DNA of 64,000 nt from Octopus sinensis (Eukaryota), in assembly GCF_006345805.1 (NCBI RefSeq), contig NC_043012.1:34038001-34102000 (forward strand). Direction: 5' to 3'. Shown here piece after piece: positions 52,687 to 64,000 of this stretch. Under the pieces are notes generated by a model. It was not told the DNA's origin and did no database searches. It saw nothing but the letters and a program-made list of their open reading frames with translations. The stretch's first letter is position 1, and every line of letters begins with the position of its first letter. A program made the position numbers and the translations under genes.

Positions 52687-53811
52687 TTGTGTCTCTCTAA
52701 CAACCACACAATCTGTAGGAAACTGTTTTTGGTATTAGGATTCGAGCAAGGTCATTGCCAGTACCGCTTGACTGGCCCCCATGCCAGTGGCATGTAAAAA
52801 GCACCTACTACACTCTCGGAGTGGTTGGTGTTAGGAAGGGCATCCAGCTGTAGAAACTCTGCCAAATCAAGACTGGAGCCTGGTGCAGCCATCTGGTTCG
52901 CCAGCCCTCAGTCAAAATAGTCCAACCCATGCTAGCATGGAAAGCGGACATTAAACGATGAAGCTGAGACAGTTGCTGTATATTCTGTTGGAAACACTAG
53001 TCATAACTTCTTCAAATCATAATGTATGACACACTAGACAATGCAGTCTTAGTGGGGGATGGGCATGGATAGAGAGGTTGATTATTGTTCTAAATTACAT
53101 GACCATTAGCACTTTTCTCTTGCCTAGTTTTTGTTTTTTAATTTCTATTTGTCCTAATTTAGTATCAAGTGGAAATATACTTGTGTGACATGTTATCTTT
53201 CAAAACTATTCATGTGTTTATTTAGATGGAAGCTATGCCACATGCTTTACAAAAAACATTTCTCGTTAATTAAAATTAATCATTAGCAAGAACAACTCCA
53301 CACACACACACACACAAACCATTTGTTAGAGTACACTCACTGGTTCACCGCATTTCTAACAGAAACAAACATGGAAATGGCTGTAACTTACAACAGAACA
53401 ACCATTCCAGTGGACTTTGTAAAGAACAAGTTTTTCAGTTTTCTCACTGATGTGTATGTATGTATGTGTGTACATCATCATCATCATCATCGTTTAACGT
53501 CCGCTTTCCATGCAAGCATGGGTTGGACGGTTCGACTGGGGTCTGGGAAGTCAGGAGGCTGCACCAGGCTCCAGTCTGATCTGGCAGTGTTTCTACAGCT
53601 GGATGCCCTTCCTAACGCCAACCACTCCATGAGTGCAGTGGGTGCTTTTTACATGCCACCGGCACAGGTGCCAGGGGAGGCTGGCAGCGGCCACGATCAG
53701 TTGGTGCTTTTTACATGTCACCAGCACAGAAGCCAGTCAATGCGGTGCTGGCATCGGCCATGTTCGGATGGTGCTTTTTATGTGCCACCGGCACATATAT
53801 ATAAATAAATC

Positions 53812-54110
53812 TAGGCACAGTCTCCAACCTTTGACCATTCAGAGTTATAAAAGGTTCCACATACATCTTGGAAGGAACAGGCTGGAACATTCTAACAGCC
53901 TTTTTTTTAGATTGGTCATTAGACCCAATGCTGCACATGCTGCAGAAATCGCATTCAGCATGTGCTGCATATCTTTCTGGGAATGTGCCAACAGGTCACA
54001 ATCATCTGCATACAGGAACTCAACGTGGTGAGAATGCAGAACTTTTGTGTTGGCACAGAGTCTTTTGATATTGAACAGTTTTCCCGTTGTCCTATACCAT
54101 CAGTACTGTC
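53812..54110 (-). mobile_element. LINE (RTE-like) reverse transcriptase fragment
   Basis: The minus strand reads FLYADDCDLLAHSQKDMQHMLNAISAACAALGL... and, after a frameshift, ITLNGQRLETVPRF; contains the YADD catalytic motif. Confidence 0.85.
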
Positions 54111-54180
54111 CGAGAAAAATTTGGGAGATAAACTGGAAATATACATACATGTATAACATATAAAATATATTAATATATAA

Positions 54181-54321
54181 ATATAACATACAGGAATATA
54201 AATTGGGAAAATATCTTACAGCTGTTTCAGCCAAGAGGCAAAAATACCTCATTCTACCTTTATTCTTCCAGTAGACTGAAGTAAATATGTAAATGAAATT
54301 GAGGTACTTAGGTGTTTCATC

Positions 54322-54358
<37 letters not shown>

Positions 54359-54672
54359 TGATTATTGTGTATGCTTATAAATGTAAATATGTATGTACAT
54401 TTAAGTGTAGATATATGTATTTATATATATTTATATATGTATACGTATAAGTATGTAAATGTGTATTTATTCATTATTTACATTTTTTTATAACTTAACC
54501 TTATGTACTTTATAAAATCTCTGACGAAACCTAGAGAAATACCCAAGTACCTCAATTTCATCTACTTATTACTTCAGTCTACTGGAGGAATAAAAGTAGA
54601 ATGAGGTATTTTTGCCTCTTGGCTGAAACAGCTGTAAGTTATTTTCCCAATTTATATTCCTGTATGTTATAT
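54181..54672. repeat. Long inverted repeat (arms about 54181-54318 and 54536-54672)
   Basis: Arms of about 135 bp mirror each other around an AT/(TAA)n spacer; each contains gaaacagctgtaag. Confidence 0.85.
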
Positions 54673-55276
54673 TTTAATAATTACTGGTATCTTTATATAT
54701 TAATATATATTATATGTAAAGCATATGTTATGCATGTATGTATAGTCTTGTAATTGTCATTTTAGTAAATAAATAAATAAGTTGACATAATATGTCTAAA
54801 AGTTGACGAACCACCTCTTGATCCCCTCCATTTTCTTATTGCTATCTATCTATCTATCTATACACACACACACACACACACACATACATACATATATATA
54901 CTCTCTTTTTACTCTTTTACTTGTTTCAGTCAGTTGACTGCGGCCATGCTGGAGCACCGCCTTTAGTCGAGCAACTCGACCCCGGAACTTATTCTTTGTA
55001 AGCCCAGTACTTATTCTATCGGTCTCTTTTTGCCGAACCGCTAAGTTACGGGGATGTAAACACACCAGCATCGGTTGTCAAGCGATTGGGGGGGGGGACA
55101 AACACAACACACAAACATATATATATATACGACGGGCTTCTTTCAGTTTCCGTATACCAAATCCACTCACAAGGCTTTGGTCAGCCCGAGGCTATAGTAG
55201 AAGACACTTACCCAAGGTGCCATGCAGTGGGACTGAACCCGAAGCAAGCTACTTACCACACAGCCACTCCTATGCC

Positions 55277-55325
<49 letters not shown>

Positions 55326-56174
55326 GCACATACATACATACATACAACAGGTTTTTTTCACAATTTCCTTTCAATTCCACTCACAAGATATTGGTCAACT
55401 GTAGGCTATAGTAAAAGGCACTTGCTCAGGGAGCTGTACAGTGAAACTAAACCCTGGACTACAAGACAAAGCATATTTACTCACTACACAACTCTGTTTA
55501 TATATATATATTTGGTTGCTCCACATTCCTACCATGTAGTCTGTTAATCCAATCCAGACCATTTCTCAGTTACTTTTATGACAAACATTGTCATACCTGC
55601 CGGTGGTACGTAAAATGCACCATCCGTACGTGGCCGATGCCAGTGCCGCCTTGACTAGCTTCTGTGCCGGTGGCACGAAAAAAGCACCAACCAATCGTGG
55701 CTGTTGCCAGCCTCCCCTGGCACGTAAAAAGCACCCACTATACTCACGGAGTGGTTGGCATTAGGAAGGGCATCAAGTTGTAGAAACACTGCCAAATCAA
55801 GATTGGTGCCTGGTGCAGCCTCCTGGCTACCCAGACCCCGGTCAAACTGTCCAACCCATGCTAGCATAGAAAACGGACGTTAAACAATGATGATGATGAT
55901 GATGATTGATAGAGCAAAATTACTGTTGGTAGATATATTTTTGTGTTGTCTAGTCCAGTTCACTGGGAGTTCTAGTTACACCGCTATAGTTTCCCCAAAC
56001 AATAGGCTGATGATGCCACTGAGGTGAAACTTGAGAGTCCCAGTCAACTTAAGATGATTAATATACGCACAGGCACACAAATGTATGTACTTGTATGGGG
56101 GCATTAAATAAAGTTACAAAAAGCCACATAAAAAGCACAAAGCACACTGTAAAGTGGTTGGTGTTAGGAAGGGT

Positions 56175-56553
56175 GAATCTTTTTGCTTTGACCGGCAGAT
56201 TTTTAAAATAATCTCTTTGTAACTAAACACTTTTAAACTTCGTATACTGGTAAAATGTGTTACATAAAACATCTTTTTCTCTTGGCTTTCTTGAGAAAAT
56301 TCTGTAGTTTGTAAGATATTTGTTGTTTAATTTCTTGCATTTCAGCAATTTCAACCAATCAATGACGTCTATTGAGGTGAATACAATTTCTGCTGTAGTG
56401 TGTAAACAATAGCTTACAAACTACAGAATTTTCTCAAGAAAGCCAAGAGAAAAAGATGTTTTATGTAACACATTCTACCAGTATATGGAGCTTAAATGTC
56501 TTTAGTTACAAAGAAATTATTTTTAAAATCTGCCGGTCAAAGTGAAAAGATCT
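56175..56553. mobile_element. hAT-like MITE inserted into an RTE-tail copy
   Basis: Long TIRs (about 160 bp), 8-bp direct repeat ggaagggt at 56167-56174 and 56554-56561; the host repeat resumes on both sides. Confidence 0.85.
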
Positions 56554-57916
56554 GGAAGGGTTTCCAGCTGGAAAAAGCAACCTGGTGCAGCTGACCAGCT
56601 CTGGTCAAGCCACCTAACCCATTGGAAAATGAATGTTAAAGAATGATGATGATGATATACACATATAATTAAACTACCAACCCTCTTCCCCATCCCACCT
56701 CACCTTCTTATCTAAATCTTAATTAAAAACAACAGATCTATCTCCCACTACTCACTAATATCAAACTACTTTACAACTAAACTATTTCAGAGATTTTGCT
56801 GGATTTCATAATAAAATAAAGACAGATTAAACGTCTTTTCAGATATATATATCTAGGACTACATTATCCAGTGTAGTCCTAAATACATTATGGCATTTTC
56901 TTAAAGACAATAAACAGGATCTGAATTAAAGATTTGACTGCTATTTCTAGCAGATCACATAACCAAATAGTCTCCCTCACTGACACATTGATTAATTAAG
57001 TTTGTTTCTATTTAATTCAAAGACTCCCAAAATAATGAAATATAATATTCCCTGTGGTTTGTAACTATGGTAACAAAGATATAACTGTATCCAAGCAGCA
57101 GAGGTCAACGCTGTAATGTCCATAATCATCATCATCATCATCATTGTCATCAACAGGACAATAATAACTTGTCATGCATAAAATGCAAATCTTAATTCCA
57201 TCCTCGGCTTTCATTGACGATGACGTTCTGAACACAACAACTTGGATGGACACAAACACATTCTTCCTTTCACTCAGTTATTACATCATTTATCAAAATA
57301 TTTATTTCCTCTTGAAAAAGCAAGAAATAATGTCATGAATACTGAAACCTTTCAACAGGAATACTGTTGGAAGGTCAGATATTTTATATGCAACAGCAGA
57401 TACTTGCTCTTTCTTTGCCAGCAGCACAACCACCACCACCACCACCACCTACGACAACCTGTAGGCAGATCACACACACACACACAGAGTTCTTCATATC
57501 TTGTTTCTTTTGACAGTTTCCTACACCGAAAATATAGCAACATAGCATTCAAAATAAACCAAACTGATTGCTACTCAATCAGGAAATATTTTTCATTCAA
57601 CTAAAAGACAAAAAAAAAAAAAAACAAGGAAGAGATTGTTGTTTTTACCCAAGAAAACCTAATTATAATGAAAAACAAAAACCTGAAAAATATTATTTTT
57701 GTATAGTTTTTATTTTTATATTGCTAAGAGTGAATAAAAGCAGAGTAAATTACAGGTGAAAAACAAACCATCTGATGGTGACAGTAACGGGGGAGTAGCT
57801 GTAACACAGTATGGAACAAGTATGGTAATGAACTTTACCTCAAAGAGCAATGGTTTTTCAGTTTTCTTATCACAAATTTACTTTTTTTGCTGATATACAT
57901 TAGTGAAATATATAAA

Positions 57917-58299
57917 CAGGTGTAGGAGTGGCTGTGTGGTAAGTAGCTTGCTTACCAACCACATGGTTCTGGGTTCAGTCCCACTGCGTGACACCTTGGG
58001 CAAGTGTCTTCTACTATAGCTTCAGGCCAACCAAAGCCTTGTGAGTGGATTTGGTAGACGGAAACTGAAAGAAGCCCGTCATATATATGTATGTATGTAT
58101 GTATGTCTGTGTTTATCCCCCCAATATCACTTGACAACCAATGCTGGTGTGTTTACGTCCCCGTAACTTAGCAGATCGGCAAAAGAGACCGATAGATTAA
58201 GTACTAGGCATACAAAGAATAAGTCCTGGGGCCGATTTGCTCGGCTAAAGGCGGTGCTCCAGCATGGCCACAGTCAAATGACTGAAACAAGTAAAAGAG
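57917..58299 (+). mobile_element. tRNA-head SINE family A (representative copy)
   Basis: A-box tggctgtgtgg, B-box ggttcagtccc, internal microsatellite, tail ...gtaaaagag. Copies at about 41061-41446, 49378-49748, 54901-55279 and 60999-61442 (all -), and about 46375 (+). Confidence 0.85.
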
Positions 58300-59331
58300 C
58301 ATACATGTATGCACATTATACATACATACACATGTATATTCCTTTAGCATTTCAACCAGCCATATCCAACCAAAATATTCTACCTGTTATATGTTTAAAC
58401 TAGCCAGATCCTGCCTCTCACACTTACCCTACAATGTTAGTTTAAAAAATATACAACCACATAATCAAAATCTCAAGGCTACAACACAATGCAGGATAAA
58501 TTCAAAATAATGTGAATAAATAAGCGTTAGATTTGATAGAATAATCTGCTTGAGTGTGTAATGAAGTTTATTTAATTACTAGCTGTTGATCCATACACCT
58601 GTCCTGCCAAGATCATCTACTTAACTCTCTATCAACTTTTCAGATTAAAGCAGACAAGAGAAAAAAACATTCCTTTGTCAAACTCCTTTCCCAATATTAA
58701 ACCAGTTTTTTAACTTAACATTCCCATCTAAAAATCACTTGCTGACCAGTGTGCAATCTCTATAATAAGCTAAGTATACTAAAACATAGCAGTAAATATG
58801 AATCAATAAGGTTGCCATTCAACCGGTTAGAAACAATAGCCAAATCTTCCCCAAGTAACATTCAACCATCTCATACAAAGAAGGTCATATTACAAAATAT
58901 AGTCCAAGAGAACCTCAGAGAAAATGATTAGTTTATGAATGAGATTTTTGATAAGTTTGCACAATTAAGGGTAATTTGGGGTTAAACTACTATTTCTAAT
59001 ACTACTACTACTATTTCTACTACTACTACTACTATTTCTACTACTACTACTACTACTACTACATGATAGTAAATGTTAATGTTATATAGTTGTAAAATAC
59101 TCACTAAAAATGTGATTTGACAATATGCAATGGCCAGCTGGAGCCATATTTCACTCACATTTTCTACTGATGTTGATTAAACCATTTCTCTTCTCTGTTG
59201 GGTGGTGGCACAAATGCTGTGCTCCCACCAAGCCCTCCTCAAAAAGAAAAGTTGCTGGTTTGCTTTTTTATCTTTTGATACCTTTATTTACAGCTTTCTT
59301 ATCTTTCAAATATTTTCAAGCATGTGTGTGC

Positions 59332-59389
<58 letters not shown>

Positions 59390-59624
59390 GATAATGGTGT
59401 CAATGAGACCCAAAGGTGTCAGGTAATGCTGAATAAGTTCCAGATTCGGTAATTTGCGAATAAAGGGTTCAACGTTGGTTCTATGTCAGTGTGTGTATAT
59501 ATGAACTTTTTCGTAATGAGATAAAAAAAACCAAGGCTGTACAGCTATTAGGGCATTTATAGATAGAAGGTCTTACAGCTGTTTCTAGAATATTAATTAA
59601 TAATAATATCCCTTCATCGGAGAC

Positions 59625-59926
59625 GGTGTGAGAGGAAAAGTTAAGTCATAGTTAGTTTGGATATGATACAAATAGAGAGTGAGGTGGAGGAAAGAAAATA
59701 GACGTAAGACATGTATGGTTATTGAGTTCATAAATCCGTTTTATAGGCATAATGGTATATATATGTAATATTCCAATCTCCTTTGAGTAAAATCCAAAAG
59801 TCCAACAGGAGTTTAATATGAGTCCATCCAAATGTAAAGTTTATAAGCAATGTAAGATTTTCTTAAAGTTGGTCATTCCCAGTAGGGAATTTATATAGAA
59901 AGTAGCAGATTCGAGGTCTGTGTTTA

Positions 59927-59930
<4 letters not shown>
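59625..59930 (-). mobile_element. Penelope-like element 3' relic
   Basis: The minus strand has a TLHLDGL remnant resembling the C-terminal TL.P.GLN motif of PLE ORFs and runs into a hammerhead-like motif at 59570-59624. Confidence 0.45.
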
Positions 59931-59985
<55 letters not shown>

Positions 59986-59987
<2 letters not shown>

Positions 59988-60915
59988 TGAGGCGGTATCA
60001 AAAGGTTCCCAGACTAGTTCTGTAGCATGCCAATAGATGGCAGCACAAGATTCCGTGTGCAGTGAGAGCTAGCAGTGACCTCATCAGGCAGTGTGCTGAG
60101 TGACATCACTGTATTTACTTCACAAGTTGTGAAGTTTGTGTTTTTGTGATCACATGTAGGCTTTAGTCTGCAATTTTTGTCATAGACAGGAAGTTGGAGC
60201 AGAGAGTAAATTCAAATTTAGTGTTAAACTTGGGAAGTCTGCTGCGGAGACATTGAGCATAGATTGGCAAGCTTACAGTGACGAGGCAATAGGTCATACG
60301 CAATGTTTTGAGTGGAATGGGCATTTCAAAAGCAGAAGAACATCCCTGAAAGACAATGAGCAATCTGGAAGACAAAGAGTGATCTGGAAGGCGGTGAGTG
60401 ACCTGGAAGACTTGCCACAAGCATCACCCCCAGAAATGTGGAGAAAATTCATCAGCTGGTGCCTGAGGACTGTCAGAGGACAACCAACAACGTTTTGAAG
60501 TGTTTGAAGGAGGACAGTTGGCAAAGGCAACCAGATCTGTGGATCATGAAGAATTAAATTCTTCATGATGACCCCATGCACCCTATCATCATATTCTCTT
60601 CACTTCTTTCTAGCCAAAAAACAATTCACCAAATTTAGCACCTGCAGACTTCCAACTCTTCTCCAAGATGAAAAGGCAGCTCAAAGGTCACCGTTTTAAC
60701 ACCATCGTGAAGATCATGAGCAAATCACAGAAGGTCCTCAACTTGTTTACAGAAAATGATATCCAGGCCAGATTCTAAAAGTGGCAGGAATGCTGCAACT
60801 GGTGCATTGTTGCGTAAAGTGACTATTTTGAAAGAGATGATGTTATAACTTGTGTAAAAAAGATTATTTTTTATTAAACATTACTAGTCCAGGAACTTTT
60901 CGATACCTCCTCATG
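59986..60915 (+). mobile_element. Internally deleted mariner with TIRs
   Basis: TIRs catgaggcggtatcaaaaggttcccagactagt / actagtccaggaacttttcgatacctcctcatg. Interior EQRVNSNLVLNLGKSAAETL...FEWNGHFKSRRTSLKDNEQSGR resembles a mariner HTH. Confidence 0.85.
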
Positions 60916-60932
60916 TATATATATATATATAT

Positions 60933-60963
<31 letters not shown>

Positions 60964-61214
60964 CATATATGTCATCATCATCATATATATATATATATTC
61001 TTTTATTTGCTTCAGTCACCTGACTGCGGCCATGCTGGAGCACTGCCTTTAGTCGAGCAAATCGACCCCAGGACTTATTCTATGTAAGCCTAGTGCTTAT
61101 TCTATAGGACTCTCTTTTGCCGAACCGCTAAGTTACGGGGATGTAAACACATCAGCATTGGTTGTCAAGCAATGTTGGAGAGACAAGCACAGACACACAA
61201 ACATATACACACAC

Positions 61215-61248
<34 letters not shown>

Positions 61249-61519
61249 ATATTTATTTATATACATACATATATACGATGGGCTTCTTTCAGTTCAGTTT
61301 CCATCTACCAAATCCACTCACAAGGCTTTGGTTGGCTCAAGGCTATAGTAGAAGACACTTGCCCAATGTGTCATGCAGTGGGACTGAACCTGGAACCATG
61401 TGATTGGTGAGCAAGCTACTTACCACACAGCCACTCCTGCACTGTATATATAGTCAATATAACATATATCAGAAAAACACACTCTTAAGAATAGAGCAGT
61501 AAGTATTAAAATACATATA

Positions 61520-61579
61520 GAGTCTGATGAGCTGTCCACAAGGCTGTAGCTTTTATGGATATGAAACCATTGGTCACTC
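61520..61579 (+). ncRNA. Type I hammerhead ribozyme motif
   Basis: GAGT-CTGATGA-gc tgtcca...tggata t-GAAAC cattg GTC-ACTC: intact core and paired stems I and III, with an imperfect base of stem II. Confidence 0.6.
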
Positions 61580-61600
61580 CATGCTCAGAATTTAACTTTT

Positions 61601-61660
<60 letters not shown>

Positions 61661-61789
61661 AATTTATAATTTACTTATGATTTGAGAGACATTCTCTAGA
61701 ACAATACTCTGTGTAAAACCCAAAATATGATACCCTAGTCATAACCCGAACTTCTAACTTGTTGTCTCTTGAGGTCTCATGGTGAGACT

Positions 61790-63200
61790 TGAAGTCAACA
61801 TGTGCAAAAGCCAAACAATAATAATAATATGTAAGCCATAAATTCCTTAGCAGTTCCAGTTATTACTTAAAGCGACAATGTGTTGAACTGGAATATAGGT
61901 GAAGTAAAGAAATTGACAGAAAAATACACAAGCTGCTGAATTGTAAAAAGATGCACCACCCAAAGACAAACACAGATCATCTTTACCTTCTCAAATCTCT
62001 TACAAAATCACTACAACTGAACTGGCCTAATATCTTACAAAACAAACGACTGGATGCTAAGACTCATTGAAAATCACAAGAGGCATAAGAAGATGCATTC
62101 TGTCATAAAGGAGAGCAAAAAATTTGTTATTGACCCCATGCATGATACCCTTGCTAAAGAACCTGATAGATGTGCAGCAACTGTTGTTGCAAAGAAGATG
62201 AAATCAATGGCAAAGAAAAAAAGTGCAAAAGCAAATGGGACGGCTGGAAACAGAAACCTCTGCATGGCAAATATGTGGCCTGTAGCAAACAAGCAAATGT
62301 AGACCAGAAGCACACCCACCAGTGGCTATGGAGCTTAGGGTTAAAGGCAGAGACCGAAGGCAGCATCATAGCTGCTCAAGATCAAAGCTTACTGACCAAG
62401 CCAATGTGATGAAAAATGGAGTAGATCCAAAATGCTAATTCTGCAATGATGTGATTGAAACAGTGGACCCCCTAATTTTGTGTATGTAAAGGCTTAGCAC
62501 CAGTGGAGTACAAATCAAGACATGACAGTTAACCAATATCTACACTGGTTAATATGTCAAGATTATAAGATCAAACTACCAACGAGTGGTATAATCACCA
62601 CCCTGGGGTTGTAACTGAGGGAGAAAATGTAACAACTCCTTGGAACTTTCCAGTACATACAGACCAAACCATCAAAGCTAATAAACTGGACATTGCTGTA
62701 AATGCCAAAAACAATAAAGTCTGTTTATTTTATCAACATGAGTATTCCTTGTGATTATTATATCTCAGCAAAAGAATTTGTCAGGCTTAGAAAATATGAA
62801 GATTTGCTCATTGAAATTGAAAAAAATGTGGCATCTCAAGGAAGTTACAATGCGAGTGATTGTGGGAGCACTAAGAATGATCAGAAAAGGAAGTGAAAAT
62901 TATTTGCGAGTGATCCCTGGCTTACTATCTTGGCAAGAAGTACAAAGCATTGTTTTAACTGGCACATCACATGTTTTGAGAAAAGCATTGTTGATGTGAG
63001 AATAATTACCGCCCATGTATTATAATTTTTTTCTTTTCACATAACTTCTTTTCATTTTGGAAATGAACAACCTGGTGTGGCTAGTTTAATGACCTATCAA
63101 TGTATATAGCGAATCTCTCCGCCCTAGAAGTCATAAAAAGGGGCTCAGCAAGAAATGGAAACAAAATTGAAAGAAGAAAAGCCAATAAAAATAATAATAA
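61790..63200 (+). mobile_element. R4/Dong-like non-LTR retrotransposon 3' relic (zinc knuckle plus restriction-like endonuclease)
   Basis: QKPLHGKY...GLKAETEGSIIAAQDQSLL, a decayed C-x2-C...EYKSRHD knuckle, KLDIAV...KEFVRLRKYEDL..EIEK, VIVGALR. Multiple frameshifts; short (TAA)n near the 3' end. Clade assignment is from recalled motifs. Confidence 0.78.
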
Positions 63201-63441
63201 TAGAAAATAAGAAGAGCATGATGTGATTTGAAATAGATTGTTTTATTTAATGGTTTGAACGATATTTCAACAGATTGTCTGTCTGTCTTCAAGTTCAAAA
63301 TATAAAATGAAGAACAACTGTAGAAACACAGAAATTCAAAATCTAAACAGGAAATCCTGCATTCTTATTTTGATAGAATGACATCATCAGTTTTCAGTTT
63401 TGTAACTGGTAAAAGGAAAAAGAAAGAAAAAAGAAGAATAT

Positions 63442-64000
63442 TTAGTTAAACAGTTTGGTGTAAATGTGATGAAATTCACCTGTCGTTTTATTCATTCCTC
63501 CAGGGTGTGATGATGTTAGTAATTCACAAATATATTTGTCCTCATACATTTTGAAAATTGGAAGTGTAGTAGATTCAGAATATTCTCTGAGAATGTGTAC
63601 TTTCGGGTGTTCCTCAAAATTGCAGCCGCTTGATGTGAAATGTTTGGCAAGTTCTGTCAAACTACTGCTATTGTGCCTGATGTCATACCTGTTCCCATAG
63701 AATCTTTTGTTTAATTGTTCTGTTGTACAAATAACATAAATCAAGGTGTGTATGGTGCATTCTGCTGTGTACACCAAATGTGAATCTTTACACATTCCAC
63801 CTTCCATATAATTCATAACATTTCTGTTTTGATTCATGATGGAATTTACTTGACTCATGTTGTTTAACAATGAACAGAGCTTACTTCTCTTGCAGCTGTT
63901 TTTCAAGGTACAGTGTTCAGAAACTCCAATGGTAATTTTCTTGGAGTTAGAGGTAATGGTTAATATTTCTATTATATTTTATTCTGTCTAAAGGCTACAA
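63442..64000 (-). mobile_element. Penelope-like element GIY-YIG endonuclease region (continues beyond the window)
   Basis: CKDSHLVYTAECTIHTLIYVICTTEQLNKRFYGNRYDI...LAKHF...YEDKYICELLT..PGGMN is a PLE-type GIY-YIG with an upstream CKRxxLCxL linker. Confidence 0.82.

Noticed and set aside
59165-59270. Possible upstream CSTF3 exon (donor gtgagt on the minus strand)
   Set aside because: No reading frame resembles the expected CstF-77 segment and the acceptor is unconvincing.
548-63000. Most ORFs in the six-frame track, e.g. YIYIYI- or HTHTH-rich ORFs and recurring FLQLDALPNANHS / LALGRASSC ORFs
   Set aside because: They arise from microsatellites and non-coding retroelement tails. Real coding sequence is confined to short spliced exons and TE relics.

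Overview
This is AT-rich, intron-rich animal genomic DNA. The repeat landscape (tRNA-head SINEs, RTE 3' ends with (GAT)n tails, very dense TA/CA microsatellites) most resembles Octopus or another coleoid cephalopod; that assignment is inference from recalled repeat families. Almost all ORFs in the six-frame track are spurious. Manual splicing gives three conserved genes. (1) TNPO3 coding exon 1 on the minus strand (7258-7374); its other exons lie left of the window. (2) A complete 6-exon WASHC3/CCDC53 on the plus strand (8394-14182, 210 aa), head-to-head with TNPO3 with about 1 kb between start codons. (3) Eighteen exons of CSTF3/CstF-77 on the minus strand (45703-22627, 644 aa plus stop), including a GC-AG intron. 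No upstream CSTF3 exon was found, implying an intron of at least 18.3 kb. The rest is SINEs, RTE, R4/Dong-like and Penelope-like relics, mariner relics, piggyBac-like and hAT-like MITEs, and a two-unit minisatellite. The most notable signals are several unrelated type I hammerhead ribozyme motifs, a composite element joining a tRNA-like head to a hammerhead-bearing tail with an inverted tail copy, and a candidate truncating terminal exon or intronic polyA site in the giant CSTF3 intron.
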